A stretch of DNA of 59,633 bases from an uncultured Bacilli bacterium. Its GTDB lineage: Bacteria; Bacillota_I; Bacilli_A; RF39; UBA660. Under the pieces are notes generated by a model, which was not told the DNA's origin, searched no databases, and saw nothing but the letters and a program-made list of their open reading frames with translations. Made by a program: the position numbers and the translations under genes. Below, in pieces: positions 57,127 through 59,633 of the stretch. Positions within the stretch are counted from its first letter, which is position 1. Each line of letters begins with the position of its first letter. The DNA lies in the NCBI GenBank assembly GCA_934096735.1, contig CAKOMS010000004.1, positions 1 through 59,633 on the forward strand. The letters are read 5' to 3'.

Positions 57127-58059
57127 TTAAAATAAAGTTATTTGTTCTTCCGTAACCTTATAACTTTTTTGAACTGCTTCCACTATTTTATCATCACTTT
57201 CTACTTCTCCAATAAGTAAAGGAGATGCTGAATTATGCCTTTTTATATTTTCTAAAACATTCTTTTTATTTGTATTAGCATAACAATATCTACATAAATG
57301 TCCACAAGAATCATATGCACCAATATCATTTCCCAATAAACAACTACACCCTTCTCTTGAACCTTTAATTTTTGGATAATTTAACTTATATCCAATACTT
57401 TTTTCTACAAGACTTTTACTTCTACATCCTGAAATATTTACACCATATTCTTTTAAATAATCTTTTTCACAACAAGAATAAATTTGAATACCATATTCTT
57501 TTCCAATATTAACAAATTCTTTAACTATTATTATTTGTTCTTCTTTATTAGGAGGTCTTAAATCTGGAGCATTTATCTTAACTTTCTCATACAAATCTAA
57601 AAAACTAATTACAACATAATTTGTATAACCTTTTAATTTACTTGCAATATATTTAAAAGCATTAATATGTTCATATATACCAAAATCTTTATTAAAAAAT
57701 ATTGGATCATATCTCCATCCAACACAGTTAATTCCAAGTTTTAAAGATAACTTTTGAAAACTTTTTATAACTTCATCTTTATCTGGAACATTTAGCTCAA
57801 TGTCTTTTCCATATGGAGTAATTGTTACAAACCAAAATTGTTTATAAATATTAATTTCATCTAAATATTTAAGCATTGGTTCTGGATTTTTAGTGCAAAA
57901 CTCTAGTGAATCAACAACACTAGGATCAAGAATATATTTCATTATTAACTTTGGATAATATGGATTTCTAACATAAACGTAACCTTCTTTTATTCTAGTT
58001 ATTAACCATTTTGAATAAAAAGCTGGTATATCTGTTCTACACCCAGTATTAATTATCAT
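57127..58059 (-). CDS. DUF1848 family protein (start re-called to ATG 58059)
   Basis: MIINTGCRTDIPAFYSKW...VRNPYYP N-terminus and C-terminal Cys cluster GCSCLLGNDIGAYDSCGHLCRYCYAN, typical of DUF1848. Confidence 0.8.
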   Translation of the reverse strand: MIINTGCRTDIPAFYSKWLITRIKEGYVYVRNPYYPKLIMKYILDPSVVDSLEFCTKNPEPMLKYLDEINIYKQFWFVTITPYGKDIELNVPDKDEVIKSFQKLSLKLGINCVGWRYDPIFFNKDFGIYEHINAFKYIASKLKGYTNYVVISFLDLYEKVKINAPDLRPPNKEEQIIIVKEFVNIGKEYGIQIYSCCEKDYLKEYGVNISGCRSKSLVEKSIGYKLNYPKIKGSREGCSCLLGNDIGAYDSCGHLCRYCYANTNKKNVLENIKRHNSASPLLIGEVESDDKIVEAVQKSYKVTEEQITLF

Positions 58060-58600
58060 AACTATCCTTATACATAAAACATTCTTTATCATGAGAATAT
58101 ATAAAACCAATAGCTTGTAAATAAGAGTAGATTATAGTATCTCCTACAAACTTCATACCTCTTTTCATTAAATCTTTAGATATAAGAGAAGAAATTTCAT
58201 TAGTAGTTTTATTAACTTCATAAATAATTTTATCTTTAGTAAATAATTTTAAATAATTATAAAAACTTCCATATTCCATTTGAATACTTTTAAATATTCT
58301 TGCATTATTAATACTTGCTACTATTTTTAATCTATTTCTTATTATCTTATCATTTAAAAGTAATTCATTTATTTTTTTATCATCATAATTAATAACTTTA
58401 TCTATATCAAAATTATCATAAGCCTCTTTAAAATATTTTCTTTTATTTAAAACACATTCCCAAGATAATCCAGCTTGAAATGATTCTAATATTAACATTT
58501 CAAACAAATAATCATCTTGATAATTCAAAACACACCATTCATTATCATGGTAATCTACATATAAAGGATTATTTAAATTACACCATGCACATCTTTTCAT
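58049..58600 (-). CDS. tag: DNA-3-methyladenine glycosylase I (start re-called to ATG 58600)
   Basis: RCAWC......Y..YHDNEW.V...DD..LFE.L.LE.FQAGLSW...L.KR..F; IIRNRLKI. Confidence 0.88.
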   Translation of the reverse strand: MKRCAWCNLNNPLYVDYHDNEWCVLNYQDDYLFEMLILESFQAGLSWECVLNKRKYFKEAYDNFDIDKVINYDDKKINELLLNDKIIRNRLKIVASINNARIFKSIQMEYGSFYNYLKLFTKDKIIYEVNKTTNEISSLISKDLMKRGMKFVGDTIIYSYLQAIGFIYSHDKECFMYKDSYDN

Positions 58601-58601
58601 A

Positions 58602-58787
58602 CTAACCATCCATTCTTGACATAAAAAATTCATTCATATTATTTTTTTCAAGTTTTAAAAGTTCTATTTTATTATTTATTCCTCCACCATAACCAGTTAA
58701 ATTTCCATTTGAACCAACAACTCTATGACAAGGAATAATAATACATATTGGATTAAAGCCAACTGCACCACCAACAGTTTGACTCAT
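58602..58787 (-). pseudogene. C-terminal remnant of methylated-DNA-protein-cysteine methyltransferase (Ogt/Ada-type)
   Basis: VGGAVGFNPICIIIPCHRVVGSNGNLTGYGGGINNKIELLKLE contains the PCHRV active site. The preceding HTH/recognition helix and N-domain are missing, and an in-frame TGA lies 13 codons upstream. Confidence 0.7.
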
Positions 58788-58901
58788 CCAATTATATTCA
58801 AATAATTTAATGAACCAATTACATCATGTAATAAATAAAATATAACACTTAAAACACCACTTAAACATAACTAATTTCTTATTTTTTTCATATTAACCAT
58901 T

Positions 58902-59069
58902 TTATTTTCTTAAATATACAAAATCTAATATAGCATAAAATATAGTATATAATATTGATGCAACTATAACCATTTTTAAATCAATATTTTTAGTAAATAA
59001 ATAATCAACTACAGTATAAATTACACCAAAAATAATCATATTTATTAAATATTTTATCCAAATTTTCAT
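58902..59069 (-). CDS. possible 55-aa two-helix membrane peptide (below the ORF-track cutoff)
   Basis: hand translation MKIWIKYLINMIIFGVIYTVVDYLFTKNIDLKMVIVASILYTIFYAILDFVYLRK; GAGGTG RBS 5 nt upstream. Confidence 0.35.
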   Translation of the reverse strand: MKIWIKYLINMIIFGVIYTVVDYLFTKNIDLKMVIVASILYTIFYAILDFVYLRK

Positions 59070-59097
59070 ATTTCACCTCATAAAATTCACAAGCATA

Positions 59098-59430
59098 TTA
59101 TAACATAATTTTATTAAATATTTCTTTATTATTATTATTTATCTTATTATTATATTCCTTCATATAAGTAATCCCTTCTTCCTTATTTACTACTTCATTA
59201 TTACTTATCCCTCCCCAAACATTACTCATTAGAGTAGTACTTCTTTGCTTAACTAGATTTTCATTTCTAATGTGTTTAACATTTATTAACCCCCAATCTT
59301 TTAGTTTTCTCATCGTAACAAATATTGCCCTTGACTTAACTCCAAATAAATTAGCAAAATAAGCAATACTAGTAAAACATATATATCTATATGAATTTCT
59401 TCTTTCTAATTTATTTTTATTATATATCAT
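59098..59430 (-). CDS. small putative winged-helix/HTH DNA-binding protein
   Basis: IAYFANLFGVKSRAIFVTMRKLKDWGLINV reads as helix-turn-helix plus wing; N-rich tail; no family assigned. Confidence 0.45.
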   Translation of the reverse strand: MIYNKNKLERRNSYRYICFTSIAYFANLFGVKSRAIFVTMRKLKDWGLINVKHIRNENLVKQRSTTLMSNVWGGISNNEVVNKEEGITYMKEYNNKINNNNKEIFNKIML

Positions 59431-59492
59431 CTTATTTTTTTAATTTAGTTTCACATTTTTCATATAACAAAAAAACAATATAAATTATTACA

Positions 59493-59633
59493 CTATTTAA
59501 TATAATTATTTTTTAAATTTGAATCTAATAGTAAAGCAACTATTTCTGATGCCCTAGATTTTTTTACATTAAATATTTCAGCAACATCTTCCCATTTAAA
59601 ATCATATTGATAACCAAACTTATCAAACAATTT
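59493..59633 (-). CDS. 3' end of a CDS entering from beyond the window; HTH-like C-terminus
   Basis: hand translation ...KLFDKFGYQYDFKWEDVAEIFNVKKSRASEIVALLLDSNLKNNYIK*; stop at 59493..59495. Confidence 0.4.
   Translation of the reverse strand, partial: KLFDKFGYQYDFKWEDVAEIFNVKKSRASEIVALLLDSNLKNNYIK

Larger units (their letters stand above)
55325..59633. other. putative inserted/accessory DNA segment (right end beyond window)
   Basis: begins exactly where dacA homology stops; contains gene fragments, DNA-repair-type genes and small HTH genes; no recombinase visible in the window. Confidence 0.5.

Noticed and set aside
58788-58901. Tiny ORFs (MVNMKKIRN*, MFKWCFKCYILFIT*) upstream of the ogt remnant
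   Set aside because: They are too short and lack convincing RBSs. They are most likely debris from the rearrangement that truncated ogt.

Overview
Very AT-rich (roughly 25-30% GC by eye), standard-code chromosome segment of a Bacillota-type endospore former (spoIIP, spoVD-like PBP, cotJ genes, ftsK/spoIIIE). Most of the window is conserved housekeeping. It holds the hrcA-grpE-dnaK-pepF-dnaJ heat-shock operon with two tandem CIRCE operators, and a short dcw cluster (mraZ-rsmH-ftsL-pbpB ... spoVD-mraY) with a phased MraZ-box operator. It also holds yceD-rpmF, two tRNAs, rpsT, miaA, tmcAL, the rimP-nusA-ylxR-infB-rbfA-truB / rpsO / pnp block, cotJ, ftsK and trmL. The lineage-specific parts are the interesting ones. 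(1) A miaA-linked pair of paralogous signal-anchored giant surface proteins; one carries a glycine-rich (ALK/LTK-like, from memory) domain split by a 199-aa cassette with 30 cysteines. (2) A tightly coupled two-gene operon with a consensus promoter and terminator, encoding a coiled-coil bitopic protein and a membrane protein with about 11 Cys-pair repeats. (3) Two surface-protein genes wedged between the two class-B PBP genes of the dcw cluster. (4) A metallophosphoesterase fused to a probable nucleotidyltransferase. (5) A right-hand accessory segment (about 55.3 kb to the window end) that truncates a dacA-type carboxypeptidase gene. It carries a Zn-ribbon/PD-(D/E)xK/HIRAN fusion protein, DUF1848-tag, an ogt remnant and small HTH genes. 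No CRISPR array, rRNA, transposase or integrase was recognised. All domain calls come from motif reading by eye; no searches were run.
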